This document shows, in pieces, positions 7,261-18,307 of a stretch of 64,000 bases of DNA. The stretch's first letter is position 1. Every line of letters starts with the position of its first letter. The stretch comes from Alphaproteobacteria bacterium (GTDB lineage Bacteria; Pseudomonadota; Alphaproteobacteria; JBFXJJ01). A model generated the notes under the pieces. That model was not told the origin of the DNA, made no database searches, and saw nothing but the letters and a program-made list of their open reading frames with translations. Position numbers and translations under genes: made by a program. The stretch covers positions 9,987 to 73,986 of the forward strand of contig JBFXJJ010000010.1 of NCBI GenBank assembly GCA_050175015.1, read 5' to 3'.

Positions 7261-10200
7261 ATGTCCAATGATTATGTTGAAGAGTTATTGTTTAAGCAAT
7301 TAAATAATAAGGAGTTACTCTCGAAGTATGGCTTGTATAATCAAAAAGATGAACACTCTTCCTGCGGTGTTGGGTTTATCTCATCGATTGATGGCAAAGC
7401 CAGCCGAAAAGTTGTAAAAGTTGGCATAGAATCCTTAAAAGCGCTTTTTTATAGAGGCGCCGTTGATGCTGATGGCAAAACGGGAGATGGGGCTGGTATT
7501 CATATTGAGCTGCCACAAGAATTTTTTAAAGAGCATATCAGAAACACGGGGCATGCGGCTAAAAAAGATTTAGTTGCGGTTGGTATGATTTTTCTTCCAA
7601 GAAAAGATTTGCACGCTAGAGAGCGCTGCCGTGCGATTGTCGAAAGCGAGATTATTGATTTTGGCTATGAGGTTTATGGCTGGAGGCAGGTTCCCGTTGA
7701 TACTTCTGTGATTGGCGAAAAGGCCAATGCCACAAGACCAGAAATCGAGCAAATTATGATTGCTAACTCCAAAAATAAAACAGCAGAAGATTTTGATCTT
7801 GATTTATACATAATAAGAAGAAAAATAGAAAATGCGGTGATTGCCGAGCATATAAAAGATTTTTATATATGCTCTTTTTCCTGCCGTACAATTATCTATA
7901 AGGGGCTGTTTTTAGCTGGGCAGTTAGCGCAGTTTTTTCCTGATTTGCAGGACGAAAGATTTATATCAAGATACGCTCTTTATCACCAGCGTTATTCCAC
8001 TAATACTTTTCCAACTTGGTCATTAGCGCAGCCTTTTAGAATGATTGCTCATAATGGCGAGATAAACACGTTGTCGGGCAATCTTAACTGGTTAAAAGCG
8101 CTTGAGCCTCGGTTAGAAAGCAAAAGAATAGGGGAATATATTAAAGACGTAAAACCGATTGTCTTGCCTGATAGTTCTGATTCTGCGGCACTTGACAGCG
8201 TGTTTGAGCTAATGTGTTATTCGGGCAGGGACATACCTCTTGTAAAGTCCATTCTGATTCCAGAAGCAATCGAAAATAAGAAAGATGCCAAAGAGGAATT
8301 GAAGGCTTTTGTTTCTTACTGCAACAGCATAATAACCCCTTGGGACGGTCCTGCGGCTTTAGTTGCGACCGATGGCAAATGGATTTTAGCTGGTATGGAT
8401 AGAAATGGTTTGCGCCCGCTTCGTTATACGGTAATGGAAGACGGTTTGCTAATTGTTGGTTCCGAAAGCGGTATGATACGAGTTAAAGAAACGGACATAA
8501 TAGAAAAGGGCAAAATTCTTCCAGGGGAAATGCTGGCTCTGAATCTTGATGAAGGAAAATTATATAAAGATGCCGAAATAAAAGCAAAGCTTGCTGCTAA
8601 GCACCCTTACTCTGACTGGGTTAAACGGATAACAAAGTTAGAAGATATTATAAGAGAAAAAACATTAGATAAGCCTTCGGTTAAAGAAGAAAGCTTAACT
8701 AAACTGCAAAACTGTTTTGGTATAACGAAAGAAGATATAAAAACGGTTTTAACTCCTATGATTTGTGATGGCAAAGAAGCTGTTGGTTCTATGGGAGATG
8801 ATGTTCCTTTGGCCGTTCTAGCCGAAGGTTACCGTAGTTTACACCATTATTTTAGGCAGATTTTTAGTCAGGTTACTAATCCTCCTATAGATAGTTTGAG
8901 AGAAGTATCCGTTATGTCGCTGGCGACAAGAATTGGCAATATGGGTAATATCTTAGATGAAACGGAAAGGCAGTGTGATATTTTAGAAATGGCTTCGCCT
9001 GTTTTGCTTAACCGTGAATTCGATACAATGGTAGACTTTCTAAAGGATAAAATTTATCAAATCGATTGTACTTTTGATGTTGAGGGTGGAAAAGATTCTT
9101 TGTTTCATCGAGTTGAGGAGATAAAAAAAGAAGCGGTTTCTGCGGTTTTATCTGGTAAATCTAATATCGTTTTATCTGACAGAAACATTTCTGAAAAAAG
9201 AGCTCCAATGCCTATGATATTGGCTACAGGGGCAGTCCATACTGAGTTAATAAAACAAAAATTGAGAGCCGAAAGCACAATTCACGTTGCCTCAGGAGAA
9301 TGTATCGATACGCATTATTTTGCCGTCTTAATCGGAGTTGGGGCAACAACGGTAAATCCTTATTTAACTCAAGATGCCATTGTTATAAGTCATAAAAAAG
9401 ATAATCTTTACGGTGAGTTATCATTAGAGGAATGTCTGCAAAATTATAAAAAAGCTATAAATGCAGGGCTGTTAAAAATAATGTCAAAAGTAGGCATTTG
9501 CATAATAAGCTCTTACCGAGGTGGTGGCTACTTCGAGGCCTTAGGATTATCAAGAACAATGGTTGCCAGATGCTTTTTAGGTATGTCATCAAGAATATCT
9601 GGCATCGGAACGGAAGGTCTCCGTCAAATGATTGTAAAACAGCATAAGAAAGCCTTCGTAGAAGGGGCAGATCTTGATGCTGGCGGTTTTTATTTTGATA
9701 GAAAAAATTCCAAAACACCGCACGGCTTTAGTATGCTTATTGCTAAAAAGCTCCAAGAAGCAGTTCGGACAGATTCTTATACGGCATATAAGGATTATGT
9801 AGAAGAAATAGAAAAGCTTCCTCCGATTGATTTGCGTAATTTATTAGGATTTAAGTATGCGAAAGAGCCTATGCCAAGAGATGAAGTTCAGTCTATAACC
9901 GAGATTAGAAAAAGCTTCTTAACTCCAGGAATGTCTTATGGTGCGCTAAGCCCCGAAGCTCACGAAACACTTAATATTGCAATGAATAGAATTGGGGCTA
10001 AATCTGTTTCAGGGGAAGGCGGAGAAGATTCTAATCGTTATAAGCCTTATTCAAATGGAGACAACGCTAATTCCGCAGTAAAACAGGTCGCATCTGGTCG
10101 TTTTGGCGTAACAGCGGAGTATCTTAATAACTGCGTTGAAATCGAAATAAAAATGGCACAAGGAGCAAAACCAGGTGAAGGCGGACAGTTGTTGGGCATT

Positions 10201-11733
10201 AAAGTTACAGAAGAAATAGCCAAGCTTCGTAACGCCGTAAAAGGAACAACTCTTATCAGTCCGCCGCCGCATCACGATATTTATTCCATCGAGGATTTAG
10301 CGCAGCTTATTTATGACTTAAAGCAGATAAATCCGAAAGCTAAAGTCGGCGTTAAGCTTGTTTCTAAAAGCGGCGTTGGAACTATAGCCGCAGGCGTTGC
10401 TAAAGCCAAAGCAGATATAATTACAATATCAGGCAATAATGGCGGAACAGGTGCCACGCCTTTAACTTCAATGAAGTTTGCAGGCGCTCCTTGGGAGCTG
10501 GGGTTAGCAGAGACCAATCAGATTTTAGTGCTTAATAATCTAAGGCATAACGTTAAACTTAGGGTTGATGGCGGTATAAAAACAGGAAAAGACATTGTCA
10601 TAGCAGCCATATTAGGGGCAGAAGAATTTGGGATAGGCACAGCGTCTCTTATCTCTTTGGGCTGTGTGGCAGACAGAATGTGTCATAAGAACACGTGTCC
10701 TGTTGGAATATGTACCCAAAATCCTGACTTAAGAAAGAGATATAAAGGAACCCCTGATAATGTTGTAAATTTGTTTTCGTTCATTGCGGAAGACGTGAGA
10801 ACAATATTAGCGCAACTGGGAGTAAGAAGTCTTAAGGAGCTTATCGGAAGAACTGACTTATTATATCAAATAAACCGTGGGGCAGAAAATCTAGACGATT
10901 TAGACTTAAACCCGATTTTGGTAAAACCCGATATTGGCGATGCTAAAATGTACTGCACCGTTGAAGGAAGAAATGAAGTTCCTGAGACTTTAGATGAATT
11001 AATAATTAAAGATGCCGAGCCTGTTTTAGAAAATAAAGCCAAAATGCAGCTCACGTATAACGTTAGAAATACGCATCGCTCTGTGGGAGCAAAAATTTCT
11101 CATATGATTTATAAAAAATATGGAAACAGTTTATCTAACGACCTCTTAACTATAAGATTAAGAGGCAGTGCAGGGCAGTCGCTGGGAGCGTTTGCTGTAA
11201 ATGGCTTAAAATTAGAAGTTTTCGGCGATGCTAACGATTATGTCGGCAAAGGCTTATCGGGAGGAATAATCGTTGTCCGTCCTTCGGCTTCAAGCAAGTT
11301 AAAAACCAATGAAAATATTATCATCGGGAATACGGTTTTATACGGTGCAACATCAGGAAAACTCTTTGCCGCTGGCAAAGCTGGTGAACGTTTTGCGGTT
11401 AGAAACTCTGGAGCTGCTGCGGTGGTTGAAGGCTGTGGCTATAACGGCTGTGAATATATGACGGGAGGCGTTGTTGTTATATTAGGCGATGTTGGATATA
11501 ACTTTGGAGCGGGAATGACAGGAGGCTTGGCTTTTATATACAGTCCTTATGACATTTCCGATAAAATTAATAAGGACAGCATTACGTTAGAGAAAATAAG
11601 AGATCCTAAACACGAAATGATACTAAAAGATTTAATAAAAGAGCATATCAAGGAAACAAAATCATCTTTTGCTAGTTCGTTATTAGATAACTGGGAAAAA
11701 GAGAAAGATAATTTTAAAATAGCTGTTCATTAA
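7261..11733 (+). CDS. gltB: Glutamate synthase large subunit
   Basis: 1490 aa. N-terminal Ntn amidotransferase with a Cys after the initiator region (SSCGVGFI), then the central and FMN/Fe-S domains (GMSYGALS, PPPHHDIYSIEDL) and a C-terminal GXGXG beta-helix domain. Confidence 0.95.
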   Translation: MSNDYVEELLFKQLNNKELLSKYGLYNQKDEHSSCGVGFISSIDGKASRKVVKVGIESLKALFYRGAVDADGKTGDGAGIHIELPQEFFKEHIRNTGHAAKKDLVAVGMIFLPRKDLHARERCRAIVESEIIDFGYEVYGWRQVPVDTSVIGEKANATRPEIEQIMIANSKNKTAEDFDLDLYIIRRKIENAVIAEHIKDFYICSFSCRTIIYKGLFLAGQLAQFFPDLQDERFISRYALYHQRYSTNTFPTWSLAQPFRMIAHNGEINTLSGNLNWLKALEPRLESKRIGEYIKDVKPIVLPDSSDSAALDSVFELMCYSGRDIPLVKSILIPEAIENKKDAKEELKAFVSYCNSIITPWDGPAALVATDGKWILAGMDRNGLRPLRYTVMEDGLLIVGSESGMIRVKETDIIEKGKILPGEMLALNLDEGKLYKDAEIKAKLAAKHPYSDWVKRITKLEDIIREKTLDKPSVKEESLTKLQNCFGITKEDIKTVLTPMICDGKEAVGSMGDDVPLAVLAEGYRSLHHYFRQIFSQVTNPPIDSLREVSVMSLATRIGNMGNILDETERQCDILEMASPVLLNREFDTMVDFLKDKIYQIDCTFDVEGGKDSLFHRVEEIKKEAVSAVLSGKSNIVLSDRNISEKRAPMPMILATGAVHTELIKQKLRAESTIHVASGECIDTHYFAVLIGVGATTVNPYLTQDAIVISHKKDNLYGELSLEECLQNYKKAINAGLLKIMSKVGICIISSYRGGGYFEALGLSRTMVARCFLGMSSRISGIGTEGLRQMIVKQHKKAFVEGADLDAGGFYFDRKNSKTPHGFSMLIAKKLQEAVRTDSYTAYKDYVEEIEKLPPIDLRNLLGFKYAKEPMPRDEVQSITEIRKSFLTPGMSYGALSPEAHETLNIAMNRIGAKSVSGEGGEDSNRYKPYSNGDNANSAVKQVASGRFGVTAEYLNNCVEIEIKMAQGAKPGEGGQLLGIKVTEEIAKLRNAVKGTTLISPPPHHDIYSIEDLAQLIYDLKQINPKAKVGVKLVSKSGVGTIAAGVAKAKADIITISGNNGGTGATPLTSMKFAGAPWELGLAETNQILVLNNLRHNVKLRVDGGIKTGKDIVIAAILGAEEFGIGTASLISLGCVADRMCHKNTCPVGICTQNPDLRKRYKGTPDNVVNLFSFIAEDVRTILAQLGVRSLKELIGRTDLLYQINRGAENLDDLDLNPILVKPDIGDAKMYCTVEGRNEVPETLDELIIKDAEPVLENKAKMQLTYNVRNTHRSVGAKISHMIYKKYGNSLSNDLLTIRLRGSAGQSLGAFAVNGLKLEVFGDANDYVGKGLSGGIIVVRPSASSKLKTNENIIIGNTVLYGATSGKLFAAGKAGERFAVRNSGAAAVVEGCGYNGCEYMTGGVVVILGDVGYNFGAGMTGGLAFIYSPYDISDKINKDSITLEKIRDPKHEMILKDLIKEHIKETKSSFASSLLDNWEKEKDNFKIAVH

Positions 11734-11803
11734 GATTCTTTGTCCTTTTGATACTCTTGTTATAGGTCAAAGCTTGAGACTATGAATTGGAGATTAAATT
11801 AAG

Positions 11804-11826
11804 AAATAAATAAGCCTTATTTATTT
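11804..11826. terminator. Perfect AT-rich inverted repeat (AAATAAATAAG CC TTATTTATTT) between the convergent gltB and 11821..12657 genes; likely a bidirectional terminator
   Basis: 11-bp perfect stem seen directly. It overlaps the stop codon of the minus-strand gene. Confidence 0.4.
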
Positions 11827-12657
11827 TCCATTATTTTTAAAAACACAAAATGGCTCTGGATATTTTATACTTCCATAGTTGCTATTTATAACACAGCCCC
11901 AATTCCCACCATCAAAAGCATTAATTTCATCACTAATTGATATATTTGAATGATCACCGATAATTCGAAACAAACTATCTTTAAAATAAAAATAGAAATT
12001 CTTCTCAAAACTTCGTGAAAGACTTCTAATACATACTGTTTTTTCTTTATTTGTTGGATATAATCTACCAAAGACAGCCATTATAATTTTAAACGCAACT
12101 TTTTCTTTAGAATCGTACGGTTTTTTTAAAATAAAATCAGCAATATAAAATTTTTTTATTTTTTGAAATTCTGAAATGTAAGCATTCTTTAAATATGGTT
12201 TTTTATTGAAATCTGTGTCAGGATACATTTGTTCTAAAGAAGGCATTAATTGCTCTGCTTTAGCTCTTGTTATCTCTTGCCACTCTGGTTGAGAAAAATC
12301 TTTATATTCATCTGGAATATAAAGTTTATTAATAGAAATTTGATTATAAATCGTAGGTATAAAGTTATGATTTTCAGGTAACTCTAGTATTTCTTTAAAT
12401 TTTTCGCACAATTCAGGTTTATGATTAGTTACCAATTCAAAATGAACGGGTTCTCCTTTTTGAACGGGTGGTATAGGTTTAGGATTATCTACTATGGTAT
12501 CATTAAAATTGTTAGCTAAAACAGATTGTTCTTTTTTCATAATAGCCTCGTTATCTTCAGCTATTTTTTTGTTAACTAAAGCCTCTTCTGCTCCTGCATT
12601 TATTATGAAAGAAAACAAAAGGAAGCAACTAAAGTTAAATAAAAAGATTTTTTTCAT
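11821..12657 (-). CDS. Hypothetical secreted protein (278 aa)
   Basis: Signal peptide MKKIFLFNFSCFLLFSFIINAGAEE. No recognisable family. Confidence 0.5.
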   Translation of the reverse strand: MKKIFLFNFSCFLLFSFIINAGAEEALVNKKIAEDNEAIMKKEQSVLANNFNDTIVDNPKPIPPVQKGEPVHFELVTNHKPELCEKFKEILELPENHNFIPTIYNQISINKLYIPDEYKDFSQPEWQEITRAKAEQLMPSLEQMYPDTDFNKKPYLKNAYISEFQKIKKFYIADFILKKPYDSKEKVAFKIIMAVFGRLYPTNKEKTVCIRSLSRSFEKNFYFYFKDSLFRIIGDHSNISISDEINAFDGGNWGCVINSNYGSIKYPEPFCVFKNNGK

Positions 12658-12899
12658 AAATTCCTCATTAATTTTTTATAACAAGATTTAAAATTATTCT
12701 TGAAGCCGAAAATAACCATAAATAAACCTGATTTTAATAATTATATAATATACGCTAGTTTGATTTAATATTAATATAATTTTTTGTTATATTTTGTTTG
12801 TATAAATATACTATAGGTTGAGTCAATGTTTAGTGCCTTCGTTAATAAAGGCGCAAGATATTTCTCTATTTTTGGTGTGTGATTTTTCTTATGCTTCGA

Positions 12900-13847
12900 C
12901 TATTTTTTATTATCAAGAAACCACTGGTAATAAGATTTTAAGCCATCATCTAAGGAAATTTTGGCTTCCCAGCCGAGTTCTTTCAGCTTGCTTACATCAA
13001 GAAGTTTGCGGGGGGTGCCATCAGGTTTGCTTGTATCAAAAACCAAGCTGCCCGTAAAACCTGTAACCTTTTTTATTTTGGAGGCAAAATCAGCAATAGA
13101 TATTTCTTTTCCTGTGCCGACATTTACGTGTTCATAGCCATTGTAGTTTTTCATTAAGAAAATCAAAGCATCTGCCAAATCATCAGAGTATAAGAATTCT
13201 CTTAAAGGTGTTCCTGTACCCCAGATAACGACTTCTTTGTCTCCTGCTATTTTAGCGTTATGAAAACGCTGGAGCAGAGCGGCGGGAACGTGTCCGTTTT
13301 CAGGGTGAAAATTGTCGTTTATGCCGAAAAGATTGGTTGGCATAGCCGAAATAAAATTGGATCCATATTGTTTTTGATAAGCTTGGCAAAGCTTAATGCC
13401 TGTGATTTTAGCAATGGCATACCATTCATTAGTCGGTTCTAGTTCGCCAGTAAGCAGACAGCTTTCAGGCATAGGCTGTGGTGCAAATTTAGGATAGATA
13501 CAAGAAGATCCAAGGAATAACAGTTTTTGAACTTTGTGTTGAAAAGATGCCTGAATAATATTGGCTTCAATCATAAGATTGTTATAAATAAATTCCGCAG
13601 GATACATACTGTTAGCATAAATTCCGCCGACTTTAGCTGCGGATAAAAATACAGCGTCAGGCTTGTTGGCTTCAAACCAGTCATAAACATCTTGCTGGCA
13701 GCATAAATCAAGGTCTTTATGGCTTGCTGTTAATATTTGGCAGTTTTCTTGTTGTAAACGGCGATAAATTGCACTGCCTACTAATCCTTTATGCCCTGCA
13801 ACAAAAACTTTTTTGCCACTTAAATTGTAATCAAGCGAATTTGGCAT
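12900..13847 (-). CDS. fcl: GDP-L-fucose synthase (GDP-4-keto-6-deoxymannose 3,5-epimerase/4-reductase)
   Basis: Rossmann N-terminus [15 protein letters not shown]; [22 protein letters not shown] and the overall pattern are typical of Fcl. It overlaps gmd by 17 nt. Confidence 0.9.
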   Translation of the reverse strand: MPNSLDYNLSGKKVFVAGHKGLVGSAIYRRLQQENCQILTASHKDLDLCCQQDVYDWFEANKPDAVFLSAAKVGGIYANSMYPAEFIYNNLMIEANIIQASFQHKVQKLLFLGSSCIYPKFAPQPMPESCLLTGELEPTNEWYAIAKITGIKLCQAYQKQYGSNFISAMPTNLFGINDNFHPENGHVPAALLQRFHNAKIAGDKEVVIWGTGTPLREFLYSDDLADALIFLMKNYNGYEHVNVGTGKEISIADFASKIKKVTGFTGSLVFDTSKPDGTPRKLLDVSKLKELGWEAKISLDDGLKSYYQWFLDNKK

Positions 13848-14898
13848 TGTTTTTCTGTCCTGACTGCATTTTGGCTAAATCTTTCTGCACCATCTCTTTG
13901 ACCAGAGTTTTGAAAGTTATTTCTGCTTGCCAGCCAAGTTTTTCTTTGGCTTTGGTTGGGTCGCCCAAAAGAAGATCAACTTCAGTCGGACGGAAATATA
14001 TCGGGTCGATTGCGACTAGTGTTTTTCCAGTTTTGGCGTCAATTCCTTTTTCATCAACGCCTTTGCCTTCCCATCTAATCTCTATGCCTACTTCAGCAAA
14101 AGCATATTCAACAAATTCTCTAACAGAATGAGTTTCGCCTGTTGCTAAGATGTAATCATCAGGGGTGTCTTGTTGCAGTATGCGCCACATTCCCTCGACA
14201 TAATCCTTGGCGTGTCCCCAGTCTCTTTTGGCATCAATATTTCCTAAAAACAGAGTATCTTGAAGACCCAGATGGATAGCGCATACCGCACGGGTGATTT
14301 TCCTTGTTACAAAGGTTTCTCCACGTCTTGGACTTTCGTGATTAAATAAAATTCCGTTTGATGCGTGAATGTTATAAGCTTCACGGTAGTTGATAGTAAT
14401 CCAATAAGCATAAAGCTTTGCCGCAGCATAAGGGCTTCGAGGGTAGAAAGGCGTTGTTTCTTTTTGAGGAGTTTCTTGAACTTTTCCAAAAAGTTCTGAA
14501 GTTGATGCTTGATAAAATCTGGTTTTATCTTTAATGCCGAGAATTCTAATAGCTTCTAAAAGACGCAGGGTTCCTAAAGCGTCGGCATTGCCTGTATACT
14601 CAGCGGTTTCAAAGCTTACTTGAACATGGCTTTGAGCGGCTAAATTATAAATTTCATCAGGCTGCACCGTTTGAATAATACGGATAAGATTAGTTGAATC
14701 GGTCATATCACCGTAGTGCATAAAGAATTTGGCATCTTTATTATGGAAATCTTTGAGTAGATGATCAACTCTTTCCGTGTTAAAAGAAGATGAGCGCCTT
14801 TTAATGCCGTGAACTTCGTAGCCTTTTTCAAGTAAAAGCTCAGCAAGGTATGAACCATCTTGACCTGTAATACCTGTTATAAGTGCCTTCTTTGCCAT
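13831..14898 (-). CDS. gmd: GDP-mannose 4,6-dehydratase
   Basis: [45 protein letters not shown] is the classic Gmd N-terminus. 355 aa. Confidence 0.95.
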   Translation of the reverse strand: MAKKALITGITGQDGSYLAELLLEKGYEVHGIKRRSSSFNTERVDHLLKDFHNKDAKFFMHYGDMTDSTNLIRIIQTVQPDEIYNLAAQSHVQVSFETAEYTGNADALGTLRLLEAIRILGIKDKTRFYQASTSELFGKVQETPQKETTPFYPRSPYAAAKLYAYWITINYREAYNIHASNGILFNHESPRRGETFVTRKITRAVCAIHLGLQDTLFLGNIDAKRDWGHAKDYVEGMWRILQQDTPDDYILATGETHSVREFVEYAFAEVGIEIRWEGKGVDEKGIDAKTGKTLVAIDPIYFRPTEVDLLLGDPTKAKEKLGWQAEITFKTLVKEMVQKDLAKMQSGQKNNAKFA

Positions 14899-15076
14899 AT
14901 TTTTTTCCTAAAAGTTTTTTGAATATTGTTAATTTTTTATATTCTTTTAGCGTAGTTATTTCAATATCAAAAAAGTTTTTTGGGATAAAATGAATTGATT
15001 AATAAAAGTTATTGCCATTCTTTGATAAGTATGGAAAAAAAGATAATGCCTTGTTTCACCAAGATAGCTTTGAAAA

Positions 15077-16879
15077 ATGTTTGAAACCTTAAAAAAAACG
15101 CTTGCAATATTAACTCCACCAGAAAAAAGAAAAGCCTTAATTCTTCTTCTTTTAATGATTTTTGTAGCTGTTTTTGAGATGATAAGTGTGGTTTCTATAA
15201 TGCCTTTTTTATCTGTTATTGCAAAACCCGAGATTATAGAAACGAATAAATATTTAAAATTTACTTACAATTATTTGAAATTTGAAAATCAAAAAGATTT
15301 TTTATATTTTCTAGGTGGTACGGTTTTTCTTCTGCTTGTTTTAGGTAATATTATAAAATCGCTATATATTTGGGCAGAAGTCAGATTTATTAATATGCGA
15401 GGGCATGATATTAGTAAAAGGCTATTAAAAAAATATTTAGAAAAAACATATATCTTTTTTGTAAATCGTAATAGTGGAGATTTAGCAAGGAATGTTCTTG
15501 ATGAAGTTAATAAAATAATGGTTTGTTCTCTAAAACCATTTATGAGTATAGCTTCTCAGGCAATTACTAGTTTATTCGTTGTTTCAATAATCATTGCTTC
15601 TGACCCGTTTTTAGCGGCCACAATGGCGTTCATAATAGGTTTTATTTATTTCGTAATATATAGGGCATTGAAAAAAAAGCTTCTACGGTTAGGTGAAGGG
15701 TATTTTAATTCAAATAAAGAACGTTATATTACAATTAATGAAATATTTGGAGGAATAAAGGATTTAAAGTTATTAGGTTTAGAGAAAACCTTCCTCAAAA
15801 TTTATGAAAAACCATCACGGAAAAGAGCTGATTATTACTGTTTTCATCAGTTGGCAGCCTTAATACCTCAATATATATTAGAGATATTAGCAATGGGAAG
15901 TGTTCTTATTGCAACTTTTTATCTTATGTCTATAAAAAATGATATAGGTTATTTTTTACCAATTTTAGGACTTTATGCATATGCAGGTAAAAAAATAGTT
16001 CCTGCTATGCAGGCTATTTTTGGTGCTATCACTTTAATCAAATTTAATGGAACTGTTGTCGATAATATCTTTAAAGAATTAAATTTAGAAGAGAGTGATA
16101 AGAAGAATATAAAAATAGATGATATTTTTGGTGAAGTAAAAAATATAGAATTAAAAAACTTAAAATTTCAATATCCGTCAAATAAAAAACTCATTATTGA
16201 TGATTTGAATCTAAGTATAAAAGCCAAAACAACAGTTGGATTTGCTGGTTCTACTGGTTCTGGAAAAACTACTTTAGTTGATATAATTCTTGGGCTTTTA
16301 AGACCTACTAGTGGGGATTTAATTGTTAATGGGCAAAAGATAACAGGTGAAAGCATTCGGTCGTGGCAGTCTAAACTGGGCTATATTCCTCAATTTATTT
16401 TTTTAACAGATGATACTGTTGCTAAAAATATAGCGTTTGGAATTCCTGATGATGAAATAAATATGGATATAGTTAAAGATGTTGCAGAAAAAGCGCAAAT
16501 CAAAGATTTTATAGAGCAGCTTCCAGATAAATATAATACGATAGTTGGAGAAAGAGGGGTCAAATTTTCAGGAGGACAACGTCAAAGAATAGGTATAGCA
16601 AGGGCGTTGTATCGAGATCCAGAAGTATTGATACTTGATGAAGCAACATCAGCCTTGGATAATATAACAGAACGAAGTGTTATGGCTGCAATTCGAAAAT
16701 TATCAGGTTTAAAAACGCTGATTTTGATTGCGCATAGATTAACGACGCTTAAAAATGCGGATATAATTCACTTTATAGAAAATGGAAAAATTATTTCTTC
16801 AGGTAATTATGACGAAATGTTAGCAAATACACAATTCGCTGATTTGGTTAGAGCTGCACAGGAAAAGGATGAATTTTAA
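15077..16879 (+). CDS. Fused TMD-NBD ABC exporter (MsbA/PglK-like); candidate lipid-linked glycan flippase or exporter
   Basis: N-terminal 6-TM domain; Walker A GSTGSGKTT; signature LSGGQRQRIGIARAL; Walker B ILDEATSALD. Located at the head of the glycan locus. Confidence 0.85.
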   Translation: MFETLKKTLAILTPPEKRKALILLLLMIFVAVFEMISVVSIMPFLSVIAKPEIIETNKYLKFTYNYLKFENQKDFLYFLGGTVFLLLVLGNIIKSLYIWAEVRFINMRGHDISKRLLKKYLEKTYIFFVNRNSGDLARNVLDEVNKIMVCSLKPFMSIASQAITSLFVVSIIIASDPFLAATMAFIIGFIYFVIYRALKKKLLRLGEGYFNSNKERYITINEIFGGIKDLKLLGLEKTFLKIYEKPSRKRADYYCFHQLAALIPQYILEILAMGSVLIATFYLMSIKNDIGYFLPILGLYAYAGKKIVPAMQAIFGAITLIKFNGTVVDNIFKELNLEESDKKNIKIDDIFGEVKNIELKNLKFQYPSNKKLIIDDLNLSIKAKTTVGFAGSTGSGKTTLVDIILGLLRPTSGDLIVNGQKITGESIRSWQSKLGYIPQFIFLTDDTVAKNIAFGIPDDEINMDIVKDVAEKAQIKDFIEQLPDKYNTIVGERGVKFSGGQRQRIGIARALYRDPEVLILDEATSALDNITERSVMAAIRKLSGLKTLILIAHRLTTLKNADIIHFIENGKIISSGNYDEMLANTQFADLVRAAQEKDEF

Positions 16880-17638
16880 ATGAAAGATGCCATTAAGAAA
16901 TTCTTACCTAAGAAAGTAAAAAAAATTATAAAAAAGCTGCTTAGCTTAAGATATTTGTATAGGTTTTTTACAAATTATAAGCAATTTGTTAATAACGGCG
17001 GAAAAATTACAAAACTTTGCCCTGTTCTTAGCAATTTTAACAGTTCTGCGGGATTAGATAAAGGACATTATTTTCATCAAGATTTGCTAGTGGCATCATA
17101 TATTAATAAAGCTAATCCTGAAAGGCATATAGATATAGGCTCTCGTATAGACGGTTTTGTTGCTCATGTTGCGTCTTTCCGTGAAATAGAGGTGATGGAT
17201 ATTCGAGAACTTAATCCGTTGAAACATAAAAATATAAAATTTATTCAATCAGATTTAATGCAATATGATGATAAATATAATGATGCCACGGACTCAATAT
17301 CTTGCCTGCATGCAATAGAACATTTTGGATTAGGACGTTATGGCGATCCCATAAATCCTAATGGTCATATCGCAGGTTTTAAGAATATTTTGAAAATGCT
17401 AAAGAAAAATGGAATGCTTTATATTAGTTTTCCAATAGGGAAAGAAAATCAAGTTTTGTTTAATATTCATAGAATATTTGATCCCAAAGATATTTTTAAA
17501 TGGAGCGATGAAAAGCTCGAACTTCAAAAATTTGACTTCGTTGATGATAATGGCGATTTGCATATAGATTTTCCGATTAAAGAAAAAAATATCGTTGCTA
17601 ATTTTGGTCTGGGTATCTATAGTTTTTGTAAAAAATGA
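16880..17638 (+). CDS. Putative SAM-dependent methyltransferase (DUF268-like)
   Basis: HYFHQDLLVASYI...HIDIGSRIDGFVAHVASF...VMDIREL resembles the DUF268 / class I methyltransferase fold. Its start abuts the ABC exporter stop. Confidence 0.5.
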   Translation: MKDAIKKFLPKKVKKIIKKLLSLRYLYRFFTNYKQFVNNGGKITKLCPVLSNFNSSAGLDKGHYFHQDLLVASYINKANPERHIDIGSRIDGFVAHVASFREIEVMDIRELNPLKHKNIKFIQSDLMQYDDKYNDATDSISCLHAIEHFGLGRYGDPINPNGHIAGFKNILKMLKKNGMLYISFPIGKENQVLFNIHRIFDPKDIFKWSDEKLELQKFDFVDDNGDLHIDFPIKEKNIVANFGLGIYSFCKK

Positions 17639-17689
17639 TTGGTTAATAAAAAGATTTAATTTATTTATAATGTCAAACATATTAGGTAT

Positions 17690-18307
17690 ATGATGCTAAA
17701 ATATATAAAGAAAATGCTTCCTAAAAGGTTTAAGAATTATTTGAAAAATAAGATTACTTATTTTTTTTGGGTTAGTAAAGGAAAGCCTAATCCTCCTCAT
17801 CATATAATAAAACAGAAAAAAATTCTAAGATTGCAAAAAAGACAAGGAAACAACGTGTTCGTAGAAACTGGAACTTATTTTGGTGATATGGTTTTTGCAG
17901 TAAAAGATACGTTTAAACAAATTTATACTGTAGAGTTAAGTAAAGATTTGTATGACTTAGCCGTGGAAAGATTTAAGAAAGATACGCATATTAATTTATT
18001 AAATGGAGATAGCGGAGAGGTTTTAAAGGATCTTGTTAAAAAGATAGAAGAACCTGCAATTTTTTGGTTGGACGGTCATTATTCTGGTGGCGAGACGGCA
18101 AAAGGGAACGTAGATACACCTATAGTAGAAGAACTAAAACATATTTTTTCTTCAGAATTAAAGCATACAATTCTTATCGATGATGCTAGGTGTTTTGGTA
18201 AAAACGATGGTTATCCAACAATAGAAGAGTTAGAAAAAATAGTTTTGGAAAGCAGGCAGGGTGCTAAAATCAAAGTTGAATCTGACATTATAGAAATAAC
18301 CTATTGA
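17690..18307 (+). CDS. Class I SAM-dependent methyltransferase (Methyltransf_24 / TylF-CmcI-like)
   Basis: VFVETGTYFGDMV ... FWLDGHYSGGET ... ILIDDARCFG motifs. Confidence 0.55.
   Translation: MMLKYIKKMLPKRFKNYLKNKITYFFWVSKGKPNPPHHIIKQKKILRLQKRQGNNVFVETGTYFGDMVFAVKDTFKQIYTVELSKDLYDLAVERFKKDTHINLLNGDSGEVLKDLVKKIEEPAIFWLDGHYSGGETAKGNVDTPIVEELKHIFSSELKHTILIDDARCFGKNDGYPTIEELEKIVLESRQGAKIKVESDIIEITY

Noticed and set aside
7570-11054. Antisense ORFs inside gltB (7570..7752, 9455..9718, 10051..10275, 10311..10517, 10866..11054)
   Set aside because: They are embedded opposite a 1490-aa CDS with unmistakable glutamate synthase motifs. No independent support.
12818-13057. 79-aa plus-strand ORF overlapping the 3' end of fcl
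   Set aside because: It overlaps a strongly supported CDS on the opposite strand, and its translation is Cys/His-rich low-complexity sequence typical of shadow frames.
15077-16879. Calling the ABC exporter msbA
   Set aside because: Its position at the head of a glycan biosynthesis locus, not next to lipid A/Kdo genes, makes a dedicated glycan or lipid-linked-oligosaccharide exporter more likely. No gene symbol was assigned.
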